Below, piece after piece: positions 36,371 through 48,900 of a DNA stretch of 64,000 nucleotides. The position numbers were made by a program, and so were the translations under genes. Location: the NCBI GenBank assembly GCA_000934665.2, contig KZ538261.1, positions 1 to 64,000 of the forward strand, read 5' to 3'. The notes under the pieces were generated by a model that saw only the letters and a program-made list of their open reading frames with translations, was not told the origin of the DNA and made no database searches. This DNA is from Catajapyx aquilonaris (Eukaryota). Every line of letters starts with the position of its first letter. Position 1 is the stretch's first letter.

Positions 36371-39300
36371 TACCGGTATTGTATGAAAATGCTTGCTCTT
36401 ACAATTGAGCGTCAGATTGGTGATGAATTTTTCTCCCCAAGTTGTTTCACTAATAATAACCGTGCACTAATTCTACTCCATTAAGTCCAAAGTGCAGGTA
36501 AATGTTCCTCTTTTTTTGTGTGTGCGTATGTGTCGGGTGGGTGGTTGGGATGGTCGGAGGCAAATGACACGTTTTTGTGCCAGGGCTTGAGAGAGGTCGT
36601 CGGGGGCCCCCCATCCCCAGTTTTGCGGGACAAATAGGCGCGCGTTGCACTAATTGCAGCGCGAAACACATGTCGGCAGCCATTACAATGTTAATAGAGA
36701 GGGACCCGTGGTGACAAATGTCCAGTTCGATGAATATTGAGCAGATGCGTCATTATGATCCCAAAAGCAAATTTTATTAATTCACACTTTATTCACTGTG
36801 GCATGTTTTGTGAATCCTCCCCCCCTACCACCCTACCATTCAAAAAAATGGGAACCCAGAGAGAGGAAATTTCGGGAGTGTGTGTGTACTCCCCGAAAAT
36901 GCACATAATTTGCATCATATCGGATCCGAACACTCGCACTGCGAATCCATCAACTTATTAGCGGGTCACTTTTTACCTCGTCCAAAATGACACGTTGCGG
37001 GAGTGGGTCATTATGCGCGAATCACTGCATGCATTGCAGCCCCCCCCCCCCCACCCACTGTAATGCGTTACTAAAATCAGGAGTGCATGCTGTGTTTTGT
37101 CGCATTTTACTTTGGGTGGAAGGTTAACCTGCACTTAACTCGCAGGAGTGTTACTGGCGGATTCAATATTATGGCGTTGCTTCTGAAGATAATTATACCG
37201 GAAAGGAATTAATGACTCTTCTCCTGTTAATTAATTCGATATTTATTATATTAATGAATCGACATAAATCAAATTCCATTTATAAATATTAAGTTAATTT
37301 TGATACTTTTTCACATCAAAAAAGAATTATAGAACAGTACTACTAGTACAGAAATGTCACCATTGAATCAGGGCTTACTTTAAAACATAAAGTTACGTTT
37401 AGGACAAAAGGGCGTCCGTTAAATCGATGGGTTTTCGCCTGGAGCCTAATTAATTATGTTTAAACATAGAGGGGGAACCTGACTGGTCACCCCCCCCCCC
37501 CGTTTTAATAATGATATTCATTACGGTGTGCCGGACTGTAAATATTTTACGATATCCAAACCAATACGCAACCCCCCTGTTGATTGCTCCGACATAGGGT
37601 AGGAAATTATTAATTGTCAGCCGGTAGTTATATCGCCATTACTTTGCACCCCATTGGAGTAATGGCTCAATAGCACGGGGTCTGACATGTGCACGGGTAT
37701 GCACGACCGCATGGGGCCGTGTTATAGCCCCCGCACAGGTCACCGCAGGGTCACCACCGAAAAAAAAAGTCGGGTCATCGACTATAAATCTTGTCCCCCG
37801 TTTGCATTTGCAGTCCGATTGAATCAGCTAAAGGGGAAGGAGAGATCAGCGTGCAATCTTCTCTTCAGGCGGTCCGAATTAGAATGCCAAAAGCCTTGGC
37901 CCCCTTCTACCTTTTGTGTGCTCTTCCTTCCACCTTTTACGAGGCGGTTCTTATCGCGGTCCCCACAGAAATCCTCCTTCTTCCTCTCCTTTTTTTTCTC
38001 GACAGCAACCTCCCCAATCATCCAACCCAGAGCGATTTTACGGGGTCTATTGTGACTGGGTCCCCTTCGCCAGGAGACCAGGAAATATTCAACGAGCTCC
38101 ATTGTCGGCGAATTTCAAGACTTTTGACTCTGCCATGAGGATCTGATGCGTTTTTTTTTATTGGCGAGGATGTGACATTATATGGAGTGACCACTCGAAT
38201 TTTTTTTTTTCGAGTAGTTACTCTCACAGGAATATCATTTGTCGATCAGAATCGTCTAATCCAACTTTGGGAATTCGGTCGACCCAAATGGCAAAAAAAA
38301 TATCTGCAGCCTTTTTGACACCTGCATAAATTTTGCAAGCCACATAATATCGAGAGTTGCACGTCATTCTGCAGCTGCGATGCAAGATTCATAATCGAAT
38401 CACACAGGCTTTGCATTGTTTATTATCCATCTGGCCTCCGGATCGATACGGTAACGATGCCATAAACTGTGATTGACACGTTAATATTAATCACTTTACG
38501 GAGCGCATTATGCTGAAGGGGAGGAATCAACGGCGGAAGTGCCTTTTAACCTTTTAAAAGATAATTGCGCTTAAATCCTTTCAAAATGGAATTACTGCTA
38601 CTGTGGCCTATTGCAAAAATTTGCGCAGAATTTTTTTTTGTCGATGCTTATATTGTCTTGGATTATGGAGGCATAAGCAGGTTCCAGATTCGCACGATTG
38701 CAAAATGAGCGATTTCGCTTTCAAAGGCTATAAATCTGCGGAATTGTGCGCCGCAGTTTGACAGCAGGATGATTCCGTCCGGACCCGGAGCAGCCGCATT
38801 GCCACGGCTGCCTCGGATAGGGGAGAATTCGCACAAAAAAAAATTATATATAGATATCCGGGGCCATGTTTTGCACAGACGAGATCATCCGGACGGAGAA
38901 AACTCGAGCAGAACATTTCCCTATCCTGATTCGTGTCAAAAATTGGCTCCTCGCTCGCTTCCAGGCTGTAACATCGGGTGGGGCCAAAATCCGATCAGAC
39001 AGCGCACAAGGTCCAATCATATGCTTTAAAAAAAATGTATTTTTTTGTAGCATATATATAAAGTTCATGTATACCATTTAATTAGAATTAATCATCGTTA
39101 TGACACCCTGTCGGCAATAAAAATAGCATTCTGTACTGTACGTCAACGCATATTATCAGTAATGAATGGGATCAATCATGTGATTTACCAACTTTGGTGC
39201 AACGCTGCTGTCCTGATTTAATAATCACCTGACAGTTTACGTGCGGATTTTCAGCACGGATACATTTATTTTCGCATTAGACACACTGCAAAAAAAAATT

Positions 39301-40102
39301 GTCTGTAACTCGTCATCAGGCGTGTCAAGCGCAATCAAAAGTTTCGCTAATAAACGCGAAACACATGTTACCACGACCAGTCATCTGAATTGGCCAGAAA
39401 TTTTTATGCGTGAAAAATATGCCCGGCTTGTATCGAAGGGTTTTTTTTCGAATAAAAAAAATACAGGGCCCGGGCATGAGAGTTGTCGGAATGTGAAACT
39501 CGCAACCTAGAGCGAACAAGAGAGATGGTAGGAATGTGATGTTTTAGGAGGGTTATTATTTTTTAATTTGTGTTTTCCAGCACAGGACCGGCATTACGTG
39601 CAACAAAGTCCTGATCGCAAAAATGAGCCGCACACGCCAGACAAAAAAAACATCATTACGTGCTAGACATTTGAAAATTTTGCGAAACATTATTTCCACA
39701 AAATTTACCTAATTATCCGAAACGTAGAGTAGGAAAACAAAAGTCGGTGCGAAAATATTATCATAACCCTGAGCCTTCGCAGGTGGCAAGGGTCATAAAC
39801 AAATGCTCGTCAGGCGCACAGATTGGTCAAACGGAGACTAAATGTAATCAGTTGTGAAATTCGCAAATGAGCAGGGATGCAGACCGGGACGTGGATGTTG
39901 TTCAGAAAAAAAACAACATGCTCAAAATCAAATTCCGTCACAATCCATATTAAATGACAGGCGTGAGTGTCGCACTCTCTAGGGACGTCGACGTCAGCAG
40001 TGAAGCACGTCACGTGTGGTCATTCACCCTGTATGATAATGTGCCAAAGGACCAATTAAGTACGTATGTTGCATAACAATTACCTGCAGTAGTTGTTGCA
40101 AG

Positions 40103-40205
40103 TTGTGCAAAAAATGGAATAATTCCATTTTTTGCACAAATTGACAAATATGCAAAATATGACATTTTCAGAATTATTATGAAAATGTCACATATTTTGC
40201 ATATT
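40103..40205. repeat. Two adjacent palindromes
   Basis: 40103-40139 has perfect 18-bp arms with a 1-nt spacer; 40147-40205 has ~24-bp arms, a 9-nt loop and one 2-nt bulge. Confidence 0.9.
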
Positions 40206-40673
40206 ACAGTACAATGTTGAGCTTGAAGAATATTCTTGAAAACTAAGAAATTAATTTATCTAAGCCTAGTACAAACACTGATTAGTTTATAGGGGGAGGA
40301 AAAGGCCAACTTTTTAAAACCCTCCCTGAAAGCTCAGTAGTCGACGGGTTTAATTACAGTGCAGAGGTGTTTTGTAATATATTCTGCAGAAGAAAGGGCA
40401 ATAATCGATTTCTGTCAACGTGCAACCACTTCATTAGCAGCGTGCAGGCTAATTAGATGCCCGCTGGTGCCTATGCGACACATAACAAAACGCTACGCTC
40501 CCCAAAAAAGAGCAAATTTTTTTATCAAACTCTGGTCACGATAGGCTCACGATAGGCTGTAAGATATCCTGACGTACAGCACCCAAGAAATTGAACTCTT
40601 CCTATCTCTTATCCATCCATATCCCACCGAAAATCGGCTCACGTACAGACAATTTTGTGTGAGAAAGGGGGGC

Positions 40674-40878
40674 NNNNNNNNNNNNNNNNNNNNNNNNNNN
40701 NNNNNNNNNNNNNNNNNNNNNNNNNNNNNNNNNNNNNNNNNNNNNNNNNNNNNNNNNNNNNNNNNNNNNNNNNNNNNNNNNNNNNNNNNNNNNNNNNNNN
40801 NNNNNNNNNNNNNNNNNNNNNNNNNNNNNNNNNNNNNNNNNNNNNNNNNNNNNNNNNNNNNNNNNNNNNNNNNNNNNN
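40674..40878. other. Assembly gap flanked by G runs
   Basis: N run. Confidence 0.99.
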
Positions 40879-42800
40879 GGGGGGGGGTTCTACCAGCGAT
40901 TTTTGTGCCTGCGATACCAACCGAAACATTGAGCTTCCTGAGGCCGAAATTCCATGCTTAAAACACCCCACCCCCATGCTCTACCTCCAGGCCAGTTTCG
41001 GGGTGAGAGGAAAGTTAATGGTCTTATAATTACTAAGCCTGCCCCTTTATTTCTTGGTGCCAACACGCCATGCACGCCATGTACGTCTTGTTTTAGGCGA
41101 AGGACGAGCCTGGCTTTTCGGGGGGGTGTTTTGATGCAGCATTTTAGCAGGGGACGAGGCAAGGATCAGATTGCATTATCTGCGTGTAAGGCTGTGAGCC
41201 AAACCTATGCACGAAGTGTCACTTACTAAAAAACTGGCGATTTATTTATAAAACTAGGTTTATTCTAGCTACTGTACTCCGACCGACCGCGAACGAATAT
41301 GGATAGTTCCTCCTCCCACCCACCAGAGGCGCTGCCAACACCCATTGCGCAGACGCAGAACGGGGGCCAATCGGAAGCGTCGCGGTAACAATGTACTTAC
41401 CCAAACACCATGAATACGATTTTAATATTATAAATAAGGAAAAGGCTGCGTAATATGACATAACCAAAAATTACTGCCATTGGATGCAAAGATTTTCTGA
41501 CAACTAACGGTTTAGTTTATTGTTTATTCGAGTGGGTTAGGATGAAATTTATTTATTTATGTATTTATTTATTATGGAGAGTGAAAAGAAGGCATTTCCA
41601 TAATATTATTTTCTCATCAGTATGTGTCCAGCTTTCGTTTTATTTCCCTGTGGCACCATCTTATTATGCATTACGTACACTGCAGTTGGGACTAGGGACA
41701 ATGAGTGTCCAGACCTTATATATGTGTTGTTTCCTTCGAATTGAAAAACTTGGGGATGTTTTGTCACATCATTTCCTCCAGTCTGCTTGACGTCACGCCC
41801 TGCAGGAGATCAATATTACATTCGTGACGAAGCAATTCCAGGCAGATCGTGCCCGCGTGCCTGGAGTCCCATCAGTGTCTTCATAATGGGACTGGATTCC
41901 TGGACGTGTCTTCCTTTTTTTTCTCTCTCTCTCTCTTCCCTTCTTCCTTCCTTGTTCAGGCTTCACGTGAGCTGCTGGCTTTTCCCTGTAATATCTCAAT
42001 TCCTAGACGAAACTAATACATAGCTGGGTTTCAATTGGTTGAGAGAGGGCAGATTCAGGACCGTAAAAGACATCTTCAGTGCTCCTTTCCAGAGGGTTAA
42101 TCGACAGTTTGGTTTAAGCAATGGTAGCATTCAAATTGAGGATACGCCTCGACAGATCTGATCCTCTTTAACGGTCAGAGATATCTGACAAAATAATTAA
42201 TCCCCACAAAGATCTTTCCTTTTGGTTCTGTACCGAGGGGCTCAAAATGTTTGTTCGCAAAATTTTATGTTAGGAAAACCACGGCTATAAAGTGCGGAAG
42301 TTGGTTTCGGGCGCTGGAGCTTTTGTGTTGTCAAGTTTGCTTAGCATTCGTGACAAACCGCTCGACAACATTCAAGCCAAATTGAATGAAGGTCTTTGTG
42401 AAGGCTAAAAAGCTTCCCTCTTTATCTAATCCGAATCAATATAATCCGAGAGGGTCGGGTAGGGGGGACAATGGCACAAATTCGTAACCTTAGAGAGGCG
42501 GGATGGATGTTGAAACCGACCCCACCCCTCCTCTTCTAAAGTGCATTTGGGGTAATACAGTACACTGAGGGTTTCCCGCTACATCTCTCAGGACAAAAAA
42601 AGTGCATATATTTGCCTATCTTTTTGAAAGCCACTAAAAACAGGATCAATTTTGAGCGAAAATTGTGAATAAGCCATTATGCGATTTTCCTAGAATGAAC
42701 AACCAGGTTAACTAGCCCTACCTTTATACACTGCGCATGCGTATCGCATGGCTTAGTAAAGTCCGGCCAGTTCTGCGGATGCATAGGGCGTGGCTTAGTT

Positions 42801-42944
42801 AAGTCCAGCCACCTCTGCGCATGCGTAGTAAGTCCAGCCACCTCTGCGCATGCGTAGTAAGTCCAGCCACCTCTGCGCATGCGGAGTAAGTCCAGCCACC
42901 TCTGCGCATGTGTAGTAAGTCCAGCCACCTCTGCGCATGTGTAG
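42801..42944. repeat. 29-bp minisatellite, 5 copies
   Basis: aagtccagccacctctgcgcatg(c/t)g(t/g)agt starts at 42801, 42830, 42859, 42888 and 42917; no spacers. Confidence 0.95.
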
Positions 42945-45900
42945 GGCGAAGTTAGGTTTATTTCAGCTAGTTATGCGCATGCTCAAGGTGTAATATGATC
43001 CTTCTCGTGCAGGTATCTTACCATCATCCGATAACGGTCGGAAAGAGCGCTGTAGTCGCATATTAACCCCCTCAAAACTTCTAGAGAGAAGCAATTGGGA
43101 TGCTTCCTCACGCCTGGCCCGCGTTTTCTCTAATGAACCAAGGTTAGGGACAAGTTGGGCAAGGTTATGGGCCTTCCCCCTTGGCTACAAGGACCCTCTT
43201 CCCTGATGAACTGGAGGGTAGGGTAAGTGATGAAAAGGCCAGGTATTTTATATGGTAAGGTATAGGTAGGTAGGAGGGGGGCGGAGACAGAAAAGAGCTG
43301 GTTCTTAATCCCTTTCCCAGCAGCCGAGGCAATTGATGGTTTGCAATTTAATGGGATGGGAGTGGAAGAGGGGGGGAATTAGTGGGGCGGGGATGGAAGG
43401 AGGCACTTTGGGAGACCCACCTCGGGACGTGTTCTGCGAGCTCGTTTGAATGTTGGAGGCTAGGAAGAGCCGCTCGCCTCTAATCCCTCAGGGACTGTCG
43501 CCCAAATAAAAGGAGACCCCTCCACTTTGGAGGAAATGGACCCTTAGGGAATCATGATGCTTCGAGTGGACCAGCCACGGATTTTTACTTTTTTGGGGGG
43601 AGGAGGGGAGGGGACAGTGTTGGTCGTGACTCCGTTGATATGACTCATTATTAAAATAACCTGATTTCGTCCAGGGGATGGAGGGGAAGGATTAAAGAGT
43701 TCAAAAGTGACAACAAAATACATGGTTAGTTCGCTCTAGTAGGGCTCGATGGTTAAAGGGGCAGTCATTAAGCTTTGGCGAAGTACAGGGTGTGCCTACA
43801 GAATTTTTGCACATTACGTTAATGGTTTGAGCAGGGGCTGACAAAACGACATTTTCACTTATACCTGACTGGTCATGATAACACTATTGTAGGGTTTACG
43901 GATAAAACCGTGTATGTGAGGCCTACTCTCGTATGATAAAACTGTGCAGCCCTCTAATATTTATGTTGCACTATGACCAACCCCATGCAACACAAAAATA
44001 GCTCATAATTATAAAAGCAAGCATATAACTATCTGGTATGTGTGGCGAGACCTACTTGCAGGTTAATATATTATGGATGCTGTGGACCTTTACAGTAACT
44101 CGCGTTTTATAAATATGTAAAACACTCGTTACACGTCCTCTGCTGCAGTTACAGAAAGCATTGTAAGGTAATTAATAATTATTTCAGTTAATTTTTTTGC
44201 TAAAGTTTACTTTTCTTAGGCTTCTATACTGTATGTAATATTTCACCATCGCTATTATTAACATACACCATTGTTGGCTCCCATTACATTATTATTATTC
44301 CATTAATGGTGAATCATAAATCAATCTCGTGCAACATAATAATTATTTATCGTTGTTTTTTATTCACAATACTTGTTGCGAAGAATGTACCAGCAGTAAA
44401 AAATCTGCCCATGAAAATACTATCGCGTAGGAGCATTTGACAAATGGTCATAGAGTTCACCACATAAAATATCCAGGACCTTCCTGCTGTTGAGCGCTCA
44501 TACCAAATCTATTACCTCAATAATACATTATCTGCCAAATCTGGTACATACTCAAGTAGGGTATATACCTGTATCATTTATCACCCTTCACATTTGTTTA
44601 TTATTTATTGACCATTAGATCATCTAAAATAACCTGCCATTTTTTTCCTCCGGCCAAACATTATTTACGCCCCAGCAAAAATCCTCTATAAATATTTCTC
44701 ATCAAGCCCCGGGCATGGTATGGTCGTCCTACGTAGCGCAACAATCGATGTTATCCTCTCCGCAAATTCAGAGGCACAGCGTCACGTACAAATAATCCTA
44801 AATTAACATGAGAAGTGCCCAAAAGGGACTGCACGAGCGCTCTCCTCTAATGGCCTCCTTCCTACGAAATATAGGTCGCCACAGACTCCACTGCAAAATC
44901 TACACTGTCAGTGTATTATGCTTCCAACCCTGTTTTTTTTAGAGCACGAAAATGTACACGCTTCATATTCGTAATAACGTACTGTTTCACATACACCAAT
45001 ACTTTGTTGAGGTCACTGTCAAAACCATGGATGTTAACGCGCTTCATATATTTTGGGCTCTGCGTATACCTCATGCCTAGACCACTGTGTAAAGTAGCAA
45101 AAGCTTTGTGACAATTTCGACAAGGCTCACAGACCGCCTGTATGCTAGTCTAGATGCTGCCGCATCCACGACACTGTAACGAGCGTGCCATTTTCAACCG
45201 TACAGTCCCTTATACATGTATAGTTGTGCGGCTTATAGTTACTCAACTTCAGCATAACTCCCATTAAACACAAACCGCACATCGATATCAGCGAAAAGTA
45301 CGGTAGTTGATTAAGGACCACCCCTTAAAAAATAATGCGAATTTCTTCCCCCCCTCTTCTTGATGCCACAAGTGCTTCGCCATACAACACTTTCCGCGGC
45401 ATAATTAGCAATCCTCCGAGGTACTGTACGGAAGAAAGAAGGTTTCTCGCCTTCAGCCCGTAGGCGTTGGTATATAAATGGAAATATACGAGCTGCGAGA
45501 CCAAGAGCGCTAACATTCTACCTCCCCCCTTATAACCCCCCCCTCTTTTCTTTCATTATTCCACTCCCTGGCCCGAGTATATTATGCCATCCAATTAGCT
45601 TGTCGGAGACTCGAACCCCTTGCTCCTTACACCCTCACGATAAGTTCACCCCTCAGCCATTAATCTCATCCGAAACATACCAGTTGAATTAAGATACCAC
45701 CCTATCTTCCCCCTTTTTTTCTAATTCATTTATGTATCTACGAGAGTATTAACTAATTAATTAATTTGCCCATGAGGGACGGTTTGACAGTTATGTTGAG
45801 TTATATTTCGTCGGGTAATCATACTTAAATTGGCAGATTTTTTTTACTGCATGTGTCTTTCTGCTTGCCCATTAGCAGGTGAATAAACTACCGGATTACA

Positions 45901-48900
45901 CACTGTTTACCGACCGAATTTACCGGCCCTTTTTTTGCGCATTCTAAACAATCCGCAAGGCAAATTGATGATGTATAGAGGCGGACCTGAATGAGCAGGG
46001 GACCATGTGTTACACACACACAAAAAAAAAGAGCGGGAAACACAAACCACAGGCACGCAGGAGGGATTACCTGGGGAGGGGTTTTTAAAATAGGAAATGT
46101 GTCATTTCGAGATTCAATAGCTCAACCATCGTCACGAAGCACTGCGGGGCGATGATGTGTAATTGGTAGAACTGCATGGGCCTACCCTTGGAGAGCAGTC
46201 ACGTGAAGTCCAAGTATGAAACCACGCCATTTTTTGAGCGCTCGATCTCTCCTTTCTTATCTCACGGAATGTGCGAGCTTGCTAGGGGGAGAGAAAAAAA
46301 AACTTCACGTGCAAGATTTACTCGACATTTTCGGTCGACTTTATCCGCAAGGACACCATATTTTTGGCCTGCGTACATGTCGAGTACAGGATATGACTAC
46401 GGAAGGAACGTTTGCCTATATTCACACGTCGTGACGTGTATTTATAGTGTGATATGTTGATGGTATGACATGCATGGCAATAATACTTGTGGCATGATGC
46501 AGATTATTATTCAACAATACCTGACTTCTTTCACTATCCATTTCTTTAACTGATAACACACACTGCGACACACTGTATAGTAAATAGTAAACACTGGAGA
46601 GAAATTTTAGACACCCGGTGTAATATAATGTGACGGCATTTTATTGGAAGCAGGATCGCTATAACTTTCGAAAGCTATGAAGAAGAATTTTCCTTCTTGA
46701 TAACCTTTACTGGGTCTTCGCTCCTTGGGAAACAGTTTTCCTCCGTAAGGGCTTTCGCGCTCGTAATTTATGCCCTATTAAGGTTGCATGAATTCCAGCC
46801 CTGAATATTGTTATTTTTCCTTATTTCCTATCCGTTCCCAGGAGGCGGCGAAGCTCTTTGGAAGTCATTCGTTACCATGTCAGAACAAGGTGCATCAATT
46901 TTCTCCGCGATTAGCAAAAAAATGGCGCCTTGGCGAGATGGCAAGGAAAGGCCAAAAAAACAGAAAATAAATAAGAGATGGGCAAGGAAACTGAAATTTC
47001 ATTACGCATAGTAAGTGAAAAGGGGACCATTGTCGCGGTGGGGGGAAAATGCTAAATTTTCAGAGGGCTCCATAAATTAGGGTTCGCGAATTGCACAAAC
47101 ACCTAGGCAGGAGTGTTTTTCCCCCTCTTCATTTTCAGGGTGGAAAATGAGCAAACTCTGCTCCATGTCGTTGCAAAAAAAAAGGGGGGGGGGACTGCTG
47201 GGTAGAGTTCCTTTTGTGGACCCCCGTAAATTTGCAAGACAACATTAACGTTGGCGAATTTGGGCCCAGGATTTAAGCAAGGGCTGCGAGTCCATCTAAT
47301 AGGTGCAAACACAGAGAGAGATGTTAGCTTCCTCCCATATTCCAGCTTGAAGGAAATCCATAGCAGGAAGCCAGCAACGGAACCAAATGAAATAATGGTC
47401 AGCTCGGTTCAGCGGTGATTGGAGCGGAAGCGTCGCACCCAATGTAAGGAAACGGAACTCGTAAAAAAAAGGAGGGGGGGGGAAAAGAATAAAAGGAAAA
47501 GGAAAATCGGAGTGAGGAGAAGAAAAGGATCGTTATCACTTGCGTCCCACACTTCCGCATTTGGAGCACGAGGATGTTGGCTATCCGCCATATTCCTTCC
47601 CCTCCTACACCCCCTTCTTGCCAAGCTTATCTCCCACTGTTTGCACTTTTCGAACTTTTCCTCCATTTTTTTTTCTCTCTCTCTGCAAGCTAACTACAGT
47701 TTGAACATGTCAGCGTTTTTTACCCTCCCCCCTCCATCCCTCCCCTTTTCCTTCTTGTACCACAAATTATGAAAATGCGTTTTTACAGTGTCACCGAAAC
47801 CTCTCGGTGCCAAGACCAATACTTGCCAAGAATATATCAGGAGAGAAACGATAAATTGCAAATGGCTGGTTGCAAGCAATGACACTAACGTTCAGTAGTG
47901 TGAACTGAAGTGTTAGATAGCACCAATTTTTTATATAAAAATGACTGTTCTATATAATGTGTGAATGTCAAAATATTAGTATAGGTAGACACAATGGTTC
48001 GACTGCCAAAGTGCGTCCGATTTTGCGTAAATTTATTGCACTGGGCGTTTGTTGTCTCTCTAAATTCGCATCAGGAAGGCAGGGGTTTTTCAAACGAGAA
48101 CGCAATTAGCGCAAACGCCCCTGTTTTTCATGGGTTACAGAGTATGGGTGAGGTGTAGTGAGGCTGGAACTAAATGACAAGCCCCTATATATGAAGCATT
48201 AGCGCTTTGATCATCAACGCATCGTGACCATTTCCTTATCAGTTCACGTCTGATTCGAGCTGGCACCACACACGTGCGCCATCCCACATCAAACTGTAAA
48301 ATTAATTCAAAACACACCCACGGTCAATTTTATTTCCAGGCGCAGTTTAAAGCACCCCCTGGCGGTTTCCATTTGTGGAATGTTTACCCATTAAGAGTAA
48401 ACAAAATACTGGGTAATTGATGTACTTGTGCGCACTTCAGCTAGACCGCGACGCACACGTGCACACGTTAATTCCCCGTCTCTCTTCGCGCCCGGGACAC
48501 TCTCTAATGGACATGAATTATTTCCAACTGTTGGGGAATACTCTATCACATGTACAGGGAGTGAAAGACCGTACCTTCAGGTCGATGTGCTAGGAACAAA
48601 CATGAGATGGGTTGCTTCCAACCCACCCCACTCGTACCTTCCACACAAAAAAAAGAGTGTAATGTGTAGACGTACAAGTGCATCAAAAGCGCGTTTTGCT
48701 GGCCCGGAAGCGCCGCCATCAGAGCCAGCTGCGAAAATAACGTCGGAGGGTGTTCCTTTTACTCCCAGCTTTGTTGTGTTCTGCCAGGATCGGAGCGACG
48801 GACACGCCTCTGTTGTGTTTTATATAGTGCCGTGAAGCCCCTTACCGATAGTGTATGGGAGACTCGGAGGATTTTTACACGGGACATTCTGAGTCCTGAA

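Noticed and set aside
42801..42944. CRISPR-like 29-bp direct repeats
   Set aside because: Units are contiguous with no unique spacers, there are no cas genes, and the context is eukaryotic; it is a minisatellite.
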